Positions 19,487-28,591 of a stretch of 64,000 nt of DNA are shown piece after piece (the first letter of the stretch is position 1; each line of letters starts with the position of its first letter). Origin of the DNA: Candidatus Aminicenantes bacterium (GTDB taxonomy: Bacteria; Acidobacteriota; Aminicenantia; Aminicenantales; Aminicenantaceae); the NCBI GenBank assembly GCA_030603565.1, contig JAUVXM010000002.1, positions 2,151-66,150 of the forward strand, given 5' to 3'. The position numbers and the translations under genes were made by a program. The notes under the pieces are model-generated. The model was not told the origin of the DNA. It worked only from the letters and a program-made list of their open reading frames with translations, and made no database searches.

Positions 19487-20848
19487 ATGAAAAGGCGTAA
19501 AATCATATTGGCATCTGTATGTATTTTGTTGTTCTACTTTTCTTGTATTCTTCAGGCGCAAGAAAAAACGGATTCCGGAGTTAAATGGGGCGGGTATTTG
19601 CAAACAGATAATCGTCTCCGCTTAAAAGATAGTGATTTTTCCTGGCAGGAGTATCGGCTTGATTTAAAAGCGGATGTCAGTCCTTCGGAGAAGGCACATT
19701 TTTATAGCGAGTTCTGGATAAGGTCATGGGGATTTTCCGAGCTACAAAATAGTTCCGATTTGATAAATAAAGATAAAGTCGCTCCCTGGAACCTGGATTT
19801 GCGAGAGGCATACGTTGACCTTTATGGGTTTCTTTTTGACAATCTCGATGTTCGGGTTGGAAGACAGCGCATAGCCTGGGGAACGGGAGATAAACTAAAC
19901 CCCACTGACAATCTTAATCCCTATGATCTTGAAGACATCTGGGATTTCGGAAGACACCTGGGATCCAATGGACTTAAAATGTCCTATTACTTGGGAGATT
20001 ATACGTTTGAAGCCGTTTTCATTCCAGCTTTCACACCTGCTGTATTGCCCAGAGGTGACTGGGCTTCGGCATTGTCACCCTCAATGGAATTGCCTCCTGG
20101 ACTGACTTTAAGAAATCTCACCGATACGATAACAATTCCCGAAAACAACATTAAAGAGAATTCTACTGTTGGTGTTAGAGTCTTGAAAAACTTTTTAGAT
20201 TATGATTTTTCTCTGAGTTATGTTCATGGCAACGACTTTTTTCCGTTGGCAGAAAAAATAATCTTTACTCCTACAGATATGCCAGGCGACGTGGATATTG
20301 CAAGTGAACTTATATATCCGAAAAGGCATGTAGTCGGAGGGGATATGGCTGGAACCATTTACGATGTTGGGATATGGGCCGAAGCAGCGTTGTTTTTCCC
20401 TGAAAAAATCATGATGACTACTGACTTTTCTGCTCTGAGGATGGGCGTCCATGAATCAACTGCTTTGGACAATGAGCCGTATGTAAAATACGTTGTTGGT
20501 GCAGATTATACCTTCAGGAATGGAATCTATATCAATGGGCAATACCTGCATGGTTTCATACATGAACGGGGTAAAGACAATTTGGAAGATTATTTTATGT
20601 TTGGCATAGAGAAGAAATTATTTGACAATAAGCTGAAGCCAACGATTTCAGGAGGTTTAGAGGTAAAGGATTTTAAAGACTTTAAAAATAATTATGCCCT
20701 TATTCTTTCGCCTGAAATCGCTTATTATCCTCTTGACAATGCTGAGGTTATCCTTGGCGTCCGATGGATAGAGGGAAAAGTCACGACTGCCTTTGGAAGG
20801 GTAAAAGATAATGACGAGTTTTATATCAGGGTAAAGTATAGCTTTTAG
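19487..20848 (+). CDS. Outer-membrane beta-barrel (DUF1302-like)
   Basis: Signal peptide; LREAYVD..VRVGRQRIAWG..NPTD; C-terminal YSF. Confidence 0.8.
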   Translation: MKRRKIILASVCILLFYFSCILQAQEKTDSGVKWGGYLQTDNRLRLKDSDFSWQEYRLDLKADVSPSEKAHFYSEFWIRSWGFSELQNSSDLINKDKVAPWNLDLREAYVDLYGFLFDNLDVRVGRQRIAWGTGDKLNPTDNLNPYDLEDIWDFGRHLGSNGLKMSYYLGDYTFEAVFIPAFTPAVLPRGDWASALSPSMELPPGLTLRNLTDTITIPENNIKENSTVGVRVLKNFLDYDFSLSYVHGNDFFPLAEKIIFTPTDMPGDVDIASELIYPKRHVVGGDMAGTIYDVGIWAEAALFFPEKIMMTTDFSALRMGVHESTALDNEPYVKYVVGADYTFRNGIYINGQYLHGFIHERGKDNLEDYFMFGIEKKLFDNKLKPTISGGLEVKDFKDFKNNYALILSPEIAYYPLDNAEVILGVRWIEGKVTTAFGRVKDNDEFYIRVKYSF

Positions 20849-20924
20849 GATGTTATTTTTAATGTGTTATGAATGAAGAAAGGGTAGTCAAAAAAGTTTT
20901 TTTTCACTTGAAACCGACTTCCCA

Positions 20925-21028
20925 ACAGAGTTTGTTTCTGCAGAAATCTTAAGGAAGGAAATCTCATTCTGACCGAGATGAAAGCAAAAGGATTTAATTT
21001 GTCTGTGAATTCTCTAAAAGAAATTTAG
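20925..21028 (+). pseudogene. Internally deleted remnant of the PIN toxin gene at 33443-33937
   Basis: Matches 33542-33570 joined directly to 33857-33937 through the shared hexamer CTTAAG. Confidence 0.85.
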
Positions 21029-21178
21029 GATTGAAGAGCAGTCAGTCTCTTTTTTGCATCTTCCCCTTACCGAGAAAATTATTTTCAATTTTTTACTTGA
21101 CAAATACTCTAATATCATTATACTTTAAATATATTGAAGTATAAACATATTAGATTTATAATTAAGAGGAGGTAGAAA

Positions 21179-21952
21179 ATGGAAAAACCTGGAAAATTAA
21201 AAACGAGCAATTGGGGAATCGTCTTTTTTACTCTGCTGATTGTAGTAATTCTTACATGTTCCGCGATATTTTTTGGTAAAACAGTATTCTACACTGTACT
21301 TTGTTTTATGCCTTTATTAGCGGCTATTACCCACTTTATCAGTTTTCTCAGAACAAAGAATTGGGGTCATTTGATTCTAATGCTATTTTATGTGTTTATT
21401 GTCCTTCTTTTCTTCCCTACTTTAGCTTTTAACCAACAAACAAGAATAATACTTGCAGCATGTGCCTTGATCCTGTTCATAGGAGAGATTATTGTACTTT
21501 CAAGCAAAAGAATTAACTGGCGCTATCGGGAGATACTGGAACTTGCGGCATATCCTGTAGAAGAGTCCACCGACGGTTTTACTCCCCGCGCATTCCCTGC
21601 CGGGGAAGCACAATACACAAAAGAAGAAATTATTGGATTCACAAAATTCATGATTAAACATGTTATCGCCTACCCGTTCGTTGAAGAGAATAGAGTTGTC
21701 CTGGTAGTTCCGGAAAATATGTTTGTTTATATGCTTTTTCTAAAGCACAGCTACAAAAAAGACACCTATATCACTTTTGATTTCAAGGGAAATGTCTCTG
21801 TCACTATCGCCAAAAAGGACTATCAAAAATACAAGGAAGAATTCACTTTTGATCAATTATGTGCTTCTCTGGGAAATTTGTTCATAGAATTTCTGGAGCT
21901 GTACCAAAAAGATAAAAGCAGAGAAATCATTGACAAACTGAATGCAATCTAA
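21179..21952 (+). CDS. Hypothetical membrane protein (4 N-terminal TMs + soluble domain)
   Basis: Strong RBS GAGGAGG; TTGACA-16-TATACT promoter-like sequence at 21097-21124. Confidence 0.8.
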   Translation: MEKPGKLKTSNWGIVFFTLLIVVILTCSAIFFGKTVFYTVLCFMPLLAAITHFISFLRTKNWGHLILMLFYVFIVLLFFPTLAFNQQTRIILAACALILFIGEIIVLSSKRINWRYREILELAAYPVEESTDGFTPRAFPAGEAQYTKEEIIGFTKFMIKHVIAYPFVEENRVVLVVPENMFVYMLFLKHSYKKDTYITFDFKGNVSVTIAKKDYQKYKEEFTFDQLCASLGNLFIEFLELYQKDKSREIIDKLNAI

Positions 21953-21987
21953 AGTGAAATACAAAGAAGTAAATTGGAGAAATTTCA

Positions 21988-22584
21988 ATGGATTTTAAAA
22001 CAGCATCTCAATTAGGCTCCATAATCTCTAAAGATTATGCCGAGGATTTCTTTAAGCTGCTGGTGATATATCAAGACATTTCAGCCTCAGAAGCAGCCTC
22101 CCGGCTTAACCTTCATATATCAACCGCCCAGGATTTTCTCGAGGGATTAAACTCCCAGGATATAGTTTCAAAAAAAGAAGTCCTTGAAAAAAAGCGGCCC
22201 TATTTCAGGTATTCCCTTAAAAAGAAAACATTAACTATAACAATCGATTTTGTTGCCCTATATAACAAACAGGATCATCAGGATAGATTAAAATGGAAAA
22301 TAAGGGAGAAAAAGAATTCCGGCGCTATATTTAAAAAATTCAGGAAAAGTGATTATATTTCTGCGGTGCACTTTTTTACAGGCAAGGGAAGAACCCGAAT
22401 TGAAAAAAAAATCAATCTAACAAGAAACCAGGGAAATTTCCTTTTATATCTCCCTTTTCCGACAGAGCCTTTTTTAAGCGTGGCTGAAATTATAAAAAAA
22501 GCTAAAATTGAAGATTCAAACATTCCAGAAGTCCTGGATATTATCGATGCTTTACTCAACCATAAAATAATTGAAAAGAGATGA
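21988..22584 (+). CDS. Winged-helix (ArsR/TrmB-like) transcriptional regulator
   Basis: ISASEAASRLNLHISTAQDFLEGL..RPYFRYSL HTH-wing. Confidence 0.7.
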   Translation: MDFKTASQLGSIISKDYAEDFFKLLVIYQDISASEAASRLNLHISTAQDFLEGLNSQDIVSKKEVLEKKRPYFRYSLKKKTLTITIDFVALYNKQDHQDRLKWKIREKKNSGAIFKKFRKSDYISAVHFFTGKGRTRIEKKINLTRNQGNFLLYLPFPTEPFLSVAEIIKKAKIEDSNIPEVLDIIDALLNHKIIEKR

Positions 22585-22684
22585 CACTTGTTATTTAAAA
22601 AATCCAATTCTTTTCAAGTGTCTGAGTATAGTCCTAGTTAAAGATTTTATCTATTTGAGGCATTCCTTATTGAGCCTTGATTTC

Positions 22685-25177
22685 TCACTCATCTTTATCC
22701 CCGCGGATCATACGGATACCGAACACCGATGCAACAGAACTCCCCTCTGCAGCTTCAAAACGCACAGTTACTATCTCTTTGCCCTTGATGATGCTTGCAT
22801 CGATGGCATACTCGACATTAAAAAATCGTTGGGGGTAGCTTCTTTTCACTTCCTGATGGCCGATAGGCCTCCCGTCCACAAGAATATTGAATGTGGCGCT
22901 TCGGCTTCGCTCACCAGTGTAGTAGGTCACGACCAGGACCATGGGAGACTCGGGCTCTACAGGCAGATCAAAGGAGAACCAGCTCCCGCTTCTGCGTCCG
23001 GGACGACCCCTCACCTGTGTGATACGCGCATCTTCAGAGCCTTGATAGTTAAAATCCCGTTCCGGCTGCATCTCTCCAGGTTGAGCATAGGCCACAGTGG
23101 CTTTTTCGGAGACGAGCTGCCGTTCTTGTTCAGCGACATACTCGGCTTTTTTCTCCTCCCATCCGGGCTTGGAAAAGAGGTCGAAATAGACAGCGTAGAC
23201 ACGACGGTGTAAACGGTAGAACGGCACCAAATTGGCCTCGATCTCAAGGTCGGCACCAAAATTATCGCGGCCAACACCAGTAATCCGAAAATGTCCCGGT
23301 TCGTTGGGAACTGGATGCACCCATTGGCCCACCGGCTGCTCGGCAGCCACGAATACAGGAATTGTCAGCGGTTCACGCCTGACATCACTTCCGCGTCCTC
23401 TCTCACGTTCCGGTCCCAAGTCTGCAGCCAATGCAAGAGGCCCCCACATAATAGCAGCGACCTGCGGATTGTCCGGTGTGGGCTCCAAACGAAGCGTCTT
23501 GGGGAGGGTTAGCTCGATTGTGTCGCCGGTATTCCAGGTCCGTTTCAGTTCGACATACACTCCGGAACTATCCACACCGGCACGGCCAGCAACGGGGCGA
23601 CCCGATTCAGGCACATCGCGATAAGGATTGATGGTGTCTTCTGAGACGGGTATGCCATTGACATTTATGGAAAATCCGTCACCAGCCCATAAGGGCCGGC
23701 GCAGAGCCAGAGTTATTTTTTTGGGGGACTGGAGCATCATTTTTATGGTCACGGACTCCCCTTCCGGGAAATCCGTATCCACCTCCAGGCTGACACCTGC
23801 CACAGTCCAGTCTAGCGTGGACGGTGCATACAAATTCACCCAGAGCTTGTCCTCTGCTTCATAGTAGATCCCGTCTCCATGAAGAGCATGACTCTCCATG
23901 CCCGTTCCCACACAGCAGGTGAAACTGCGGAACATATCCTGATATTCATGCTGGACTCCTCTACCGACCGGCACCATGTAGCATGTCCGGCCGTCCTCTG
24001 GATCAATAGAGGCCAAGATATGGTTGAAAAGAGCCCTCTCATAAAAATCGGCGTAATGGGCGTCGGGCCGGATCGCAAAAAGCCGGCGGGTTAGTTTGAG
24101 CATGTTGTAAACATTACACGTTTCAGCAGTCCGACCGTCAACACGATCACTGAGCTTACCGGGTTCACCAAAATATTCGTCATGACCGTGTCCACCCGTG
24201 GCATAGCTGTGGTGCTGGACAACTTGATCCCAGAAAAAACTTGCAGCCAGAAAATCTCCTGCACTGCCCGTATAGGCATAACGGTCGGCCGAGCCGATAA
24301 GCTTGGGCACCTGCGTGTTAGCGTGTTTGCCCTCAAGGATGTCCTGGTGGCGTTTGAGAGGCTCAATAAAGGATCGGTGTTCAAATTTATAGGAAAGATC
24401 CAACCAGCGCTTGTCCCCTGTGTCAGCATAGAGATCGACCATAACCTCGTTCATGCCTCCAAACTCCGTGTTCAGCATACGCTGTATCTGTCCTGCATCG
24501 AGAGGTGCAAGAATGCGTTCTGCCCATTCCGCAAATTTGATTTCCAATTCCAAAGCCAACTTGTTGCCCGTATAACGAAAGGCGTCCCTTAAGCCTGCGA
24601 ATGTTTTATGCAGGGTGTACCACGGTGACCATAAACCATTGAGATCAAAACCGCCGGATTTGATTTCTCCCTGTGATAAGCGCATGAAAAGTTCATGCCC
24701 GTCAATACCGTCTCGATTGACAATGGCCCCAAGGTACCCGTCGCCCCTCTTGTCTTGAACTTCCTTGAATTCTGTGACGATATAATCTGCCCGTCGCTTG
24801 AACTCTTCATTGCCGGTAGCAGCGTACATTAAGCTGATAGCCGAGAGATAATGCCCGGCAATGTGGCCGGTCAGCTGGCGGCTGTCCACTGCATCCCAAC
24901 CTCCGTATCCCTCGGCCTTTGCTTTCAGGCCCGCACGGATACGGTAGCCGGCCAGCATGCGATTTGGTTCCAGCTGAAGCAAATATTCAGCCGTCACATC
25001 CTGGGCTTGCTTGAGAGGACCGCCCAACAGTCTAACTTTGCCTAAATCTAAGGGCCGTGCTTTAAGGATTTTTTCCTCAAAAGCCCCCACAACAGGATCC
25101 TGCCCCTCTGCAAGAATATTAAGGTTAAATACCAAGACCAAAAACAAAAGAGAAATAATTTTTGCTTTCATCATCAC
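22685..25177 (-). CDS. GH127-family (beta-L-arabinofuranosidase-like) glycoside hydrolase, secreted
   Basis: GHIAGHYLSA, EFGGMNE, HANTQVPK, ETCNVYNMLKL, FTCCVGTGME. Confidence 0.9.
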   Translation of the reverse strand: MMMKAKIISLLFLVLVFNLNILAEGQDPVVGAFEEKILKARPLDLGKVRLLGGPLKQAQDVTAEYLLQLEPNRMLAGYRIRAGLKAKAEGYGGWDAVDSRQLTGHIAGHYLSAISLMYAATGNEEFKRRADYIVTEFKEVQDKRGDGYLGAIVNRDGIDGHELFMRLSQGEIKSGGFDLNGLWSPWYTLHKTFAGLRDAFRYTGNKLALELEIKFAEWAERILAPLDAGQIQRMLNTEFGGMNEVMVDLYADTGDKRWLDLSYKFEHRSFIEPLKRHQDILEGKHANTQVPKLIGSADRYAYTGSAGDFLAASFFWDQVVQHHSYATGGHGHDEYFGEPGKLSDRVDGRTAETCNVYNMLKLTRRLFAIRPDAHYADFYERALFNHILASIDPEDGRTCYMVPVGRGVQHEYQDMFRSFTCCVGTGMESHALHGDGIYYEAEDKLWVNLYAPSTLDWTVAGVSLEVDTDFPEGESVTIKMMLQSPKKITLALRRPLWAGDGFSINVNGIPVSEDTINPYRDVPESGRPVAGRAGVDSSGVYVELKRTWNTGDTIELTLPKTLRLEPTPDNPQVAAIMWGPLALAADLGPERERGRGSDVRREPLTIPVFVAAEQPVGQWVHPVPNEPGHFRITGVGRDNFGADLEIEANLVPFYRLHRRVYAVYFDLFSKPGWEEKKAEYVAEQERQLVSEKATVAYAQPGEMQPERDFNYQGSEDARITQVRGRPGRRSGSWFSFDLPVEPESPMVLVVTYYTGERSRSATFNILVDGRPIGHQEVKRSYPQRFFNVEYAIDASIIKGKEIVTVRFEAAEGSSVASVFGIRMIRGDKDE

Positions 25178-25181
25178 TTCC

Positions 25182-27206
25182 TTACCGAGAAACCTTCACT
25201 ATAGTTGTTGCGGACTTGGAAGGATCACTCTCGGACGTTGCTTGAAGAGTCACCGTAGCCATAGGGGCACCCCCGTCCTGTTGAGAGACATAGACTATAA
25301 CCGGTTGGAATCTTCCCATCTCTACTGCAGCCAGACCGTTGAGCAGCCGGGCCGTCCACCCTTCTCCTTCCACAGAAACGGTAAGCCGATAGACATCAGA
25401 ATTGACGTATGCACTTACGTCAACCGGATGCACTTTCGGTTCCGATCCTACAACAGTACCAGTATTATTCAGAGTAAATGAAATAGGGGTGTTGGGTCGT
25501 TTGACTTTTTGTTCTGCCGGCCCATCAAGAACAACATCTCTTTCATGCTGGCCCGAGCCATCCAGGGACCGGACGGCCAGAGTGTAAGAGAGGATCCCAT
25601 TCTTTTCCTTTTGAATGTCGATCACATAGAAATGCAGCCGATTTGGCGTATCTTCCCATTCAAACTCACTGCCCGAGTTGAGCCCTGCATGAAAAAGAGC
25701 ATCGTTGAGCTGCCGGTAGTCGGCGATCGTGCGCATAACCTCTTCACCATTGGGCTTTACGTAGTCCACCATGTTTATATCTTCAGGGTGAGCGTCAATA
25801 ACCCAGATGTAGCTGTTAAAGGCATTGGGACCGCCATTTCTGCCTCGCAGACTATCTTTATTCTTGGCAATAAGTACCCCATTATCAGGAGTGAACGAGT
25901 CATAACCGATGCGCTGAACCACTTCCAGTGTATAGAAATTGTAGTTCGGAATCCCAGGAGAGAGCGGATTTATCGCCGGATCATCCTCTGAAGTCCGGTC
26001 AAAGGGCTCCGCACCGTCAAGCCTGACTATGATGCCGGCAAAGGTGCCCGCTAGAGGATCCACCGCCCGTGCTGTGACTTGAGCTACGGCCAATCCGGAT
26101 TGGGCCAGGCCATCCCTACTCAGAGTTAATATCTGGGATTCGGTAATAAAGCCGTTCTCCAGGCGGTTGCGCACCATTAGTCCTGCTGGCATCGCTGCCC
26201 CCTGAGTAGGCGGAACTACACAGCGCATGTGGGGTCCTCCCGGTCCGTTAAAACAGCCCCTGTCCATCATATCCCATGGACCCGCAGCAACTCTCCGGTA
26301 TGGTGTAACATAGGGATTGTTATTGAGGTCGGGTAGACGAAACGCATAATGACCGAGCTCGTGAGTGATAGTGCCGGAATTTTCTCCCTGACGCATGGAC
26401 GACAGTCCCCACTGCTGTGAACCGGCCAACCAGCTCGTCCATTCAACGTACCGAGTCGTGATCCAGCGGGGCATGTCCGGATTGGGATTGCCCCACTCCG
26501 GCGGGATATCCTCGGGGGAATTGAACTTCATCTCGCCAAATTCCTGCCAGACACCCGTCTCATCATAACTTGCATACATGCGCAGAACGGCATCATAGTT
26601 TTTCCGAATGTCCTCCCCTATATCTTCAATCCAAATTGAATCACAATCCCGCTCCATGCGGCTGTTGGCGCGGCTGCCGTCGGGAGTTTGGTCATTCTGT
26701 CCATATTCATTAAGGCCGTAAGCCCAAATGGGTTTGGGCATGCGGTAAGGGCCAAAAACATCCACTTCGGTGACGCCGAACTTCCCCCGGGATTGCTCCA
26801 TCCAGTAGCCGTTGATAGTCTGGCCGTTATTGACCTCACTTGGCGTCATGAAGAAGTCGGCATAGAACTGAGACACATTCTCCCTTTCTATGGGATCGAT
26901 CTGTGGATTTCCGAAGGGATCTGATCCTTTGGGGAGGGTGACCACAAAAGGCTGGTCTGGAAAGTCGATGGCGAGTACTGCAAGACGAAAACCTCTTTCC
27001 GGTTTAAGTAAAGGATCTGCCCAATTGTGGTCGGGGATAGGGCGATAATCATCCCAAGTCATGAGGTCCTGGTCCTGAACCTGTTGAGGATCGATTGGCA
27101 ACATGGATTTATGTCTACCATCTCCTATATTGCACGCGGCCAAAATTACAAAAGAAAAACACATAAAAACAAGAACAGGCGGGATTTGTTTATAAGGCTT
27201 TGCCAT
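25182..27206 (-). CDS. M6-like (immune inhibitor A-type) zinc metalloprotease, probable lipoprotein
   Basis: Lipobox ILAAC; IDFPD; HELGH..LPDL; WDMM Met-turn. Confidence 0.75.
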   Translation of the reverse strand: MAKPYKQIPPVLVFMCFSFVILAACNIGDGRHKSMLPIDPQQVQDQDLMTWDDYRPIPDHNWADPLLKPERGFRLAVLAIDFPDQPFVVTLPKGSDPFGNPQIDPIERENVSQFYADFFMTPSEVNNGQTINGYWMEQSRGKFGVTEVDVFGPYRMPKPIWAYGLNEYGQNDQTPDGSRANSRMERDCDSIWIEDIGEDIRKNYDAVLRMYASYDETGVWQEFGEMKFNSPEDIPPEWGNPNPDMPRWITTRYVEWTSWLAGSQQWGLSSMRQGENSGTITHELGHYAFRLPDLNNNPYVTPYRRVAAGPWDMMDRGCFNGPGGPHMRCVVPPTQGAAMPAGLMVRNRLENGFITESQILTLSRDGLAQSGLAVAQVTARAVDPLAGTFAGIIVRLDGAEPFDRTSEDDPAINPLSPGIPNYNFYTLEVVQRIGYDSFTPDNGVLIAKNKDSLRGRNGGPNAFNSYIWVIDAHPEDINMVDYVKPNGEEVMRTIADYRQLNDALFHAGLNSGSEFEWEDTPNRLHFYVIDIQKEKNGILSYTLAVRSLDGSGQHERDVVLDGPAEQKVKRPNTPISFTLNNTGTVVGSEPKVHPVDVSAYVNSDVYRLTVSVEGEGWTARLLNGLAAVEMGRFQPVIVYVSQQDGGAPMATVTLQATSESDPSKSATTIVKVSR

Positions 27207-27333
27207 TATTCCTCCATTCTGTAAATCATGAATCTATTTTACTTTGATAATTTATCCAATGCAATAATATATTACTTCAAGGCTCTCTCTATCACTAAAA
27301 GAAATTCCTATCCTGATCAAGCGATAAAATCAG

Positions 27334-28368
27334 CTAGCGGCTGTTGATGGGGGCTGTGAAGTAAAAGTAGTCGTAAATGAAACGGCTGATTTTAGCGATT
27401 TTTTCCTCTATTTCCTTGGTTTTTCCTTCTGCCGTATCTTTAAAGAAGATGGAAACAGCCACATGCCCCAAGCCGTCAGGAAGATAAATGATCCCGACAT
27501 CATTAACCGTGCCCCCAATGGTGCCGGTTTTATGCGCTACAGCAGTCCCCGGAGGGAGTTCGCCCTTGATTCGACCCCTGCCTGTGTCACATTTGAGCAT
27601 AACATCAATTATAAAATCACAACTTTTTTTATCCAGAATTTTTTGAGTGAAAATTTTCTCCAAAAGATTGGTCATGGCTCTCGGAGTGCTTTGATCCAGC
27701 AAGATCGTACTGAATTCTTTTTGGGCTTGCTTTCCTAAATCAGGATCTTTTTTCAGCTTCTGGCGGTAAGAAGCGATCACTTCGTCCCTGGTTTTGCCTT
27801 TATGCGCTTCGAAATCGAGCCCCATAGCATCCATTATCAAATGCTGACATGAGCGGTTAAGCGTAATACCTTCGATTCCAAAGGATTTAAGTCTGGCATT
27901 AATATTGTCAGGTCCCAGTTTGTTGAACAAAATATCTGTCGCGGAATTATCACTGATCATCATCATCATGTTGGCCAGATTGCGAAGAGACAAGGTTATC
28001 CCCGGGGCATCCAAAGTTGCAAGCATCCCGCTTCCCAGGTGCTGGTCGGTTTTTTGAATGCGGATTTCATCCTCCAACGAAAATTCACCCTCTAATACCC
28101 GAGCCATCAGATCGACAAAAATGGGCACCTTGAAGACCGAGGCCAGGGGAAAAAACTCATCGCTATTGAGGGTAATATTTTCTCCCGACTCTATATGAGT
28201 AGCGGCCAGACCTACTTTCCCTTCCATCCCGCGGGTGATCCGTTCGATCTGCAGAAGAAGCCGCTTGACCCCCTGGGGAGGATTATCCTGAGAGAATCGA
28301 ACCCCTGAAACCAGAGGCGATACCACCATTAAAATACAAAGGAATACGATAACACGTATTTTTTTCAT
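27334..28368 (-). CDS. Class A beta-lactamase-related serine hydrolase
   Basis: SVFK, SDN and KTG motifs; signal peptide; no Glu166 equivalent. Confidence 0.85.
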   Translation of the reverse strand: MKKIRVIVFLCILMVVSPLVSGVRFSQDNPPQGVKRLLLQIERITRGMEGKVGLAATHIESGENITLNSDEFFPLASVFKVPIFVDLMARVLEGEFSLEDEIRIQKTDQHLGSGMLATLDAPGITLSLRNLANMMMMISDNSATDILFNKLGPDNINARLKSFGIEGITLNRSCQHLIMDAMGLDFEAHKGKTRDEVIASYRQKLKKDPDLGKQAQKEFSTILLDQSTPRAMTNLLEKIFTQKILDKKSCDFIIDVMLKCDTGRGRIKGELPPGTAVAHKTGTIGGTVNDVGIIYLPDGLGHVAVSIFFKDTAEGKTKEIEEKIAKISRFIYDYFYFTAPINSR

Positions 28369-28381
28369 GTTAACCTCCTAG

Positions 28382-28514
28382 CCTGAACTATTCATAAAAA
28401 ATGTCGATGTTCATAATAAGCCTATTTATATCAAGATGTTGGATTAATTTAAAGGAAATTCATAATCACCATTTCATTTTCGATGTAATCCCTGTTTATA
28501 ATCGACATTTCTTA
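28382..28514. mobile_element. MITE-like element, partial (A terminus + internal IR segment)
   Basis: CTAG|CCTGAACTATTCATAAAAAATGTCGAT...ATCGACATTTCTTA; same 133-bp span as 9671-9803. Confidence 0.7.
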
Positions 28515-28591
28515 CTCCGTGCCTAGTATTGACAGAAATCCCAATTACGGTTACAGTTCGGCTTTGATAAGATTAACTACTGGAGAAAAAA

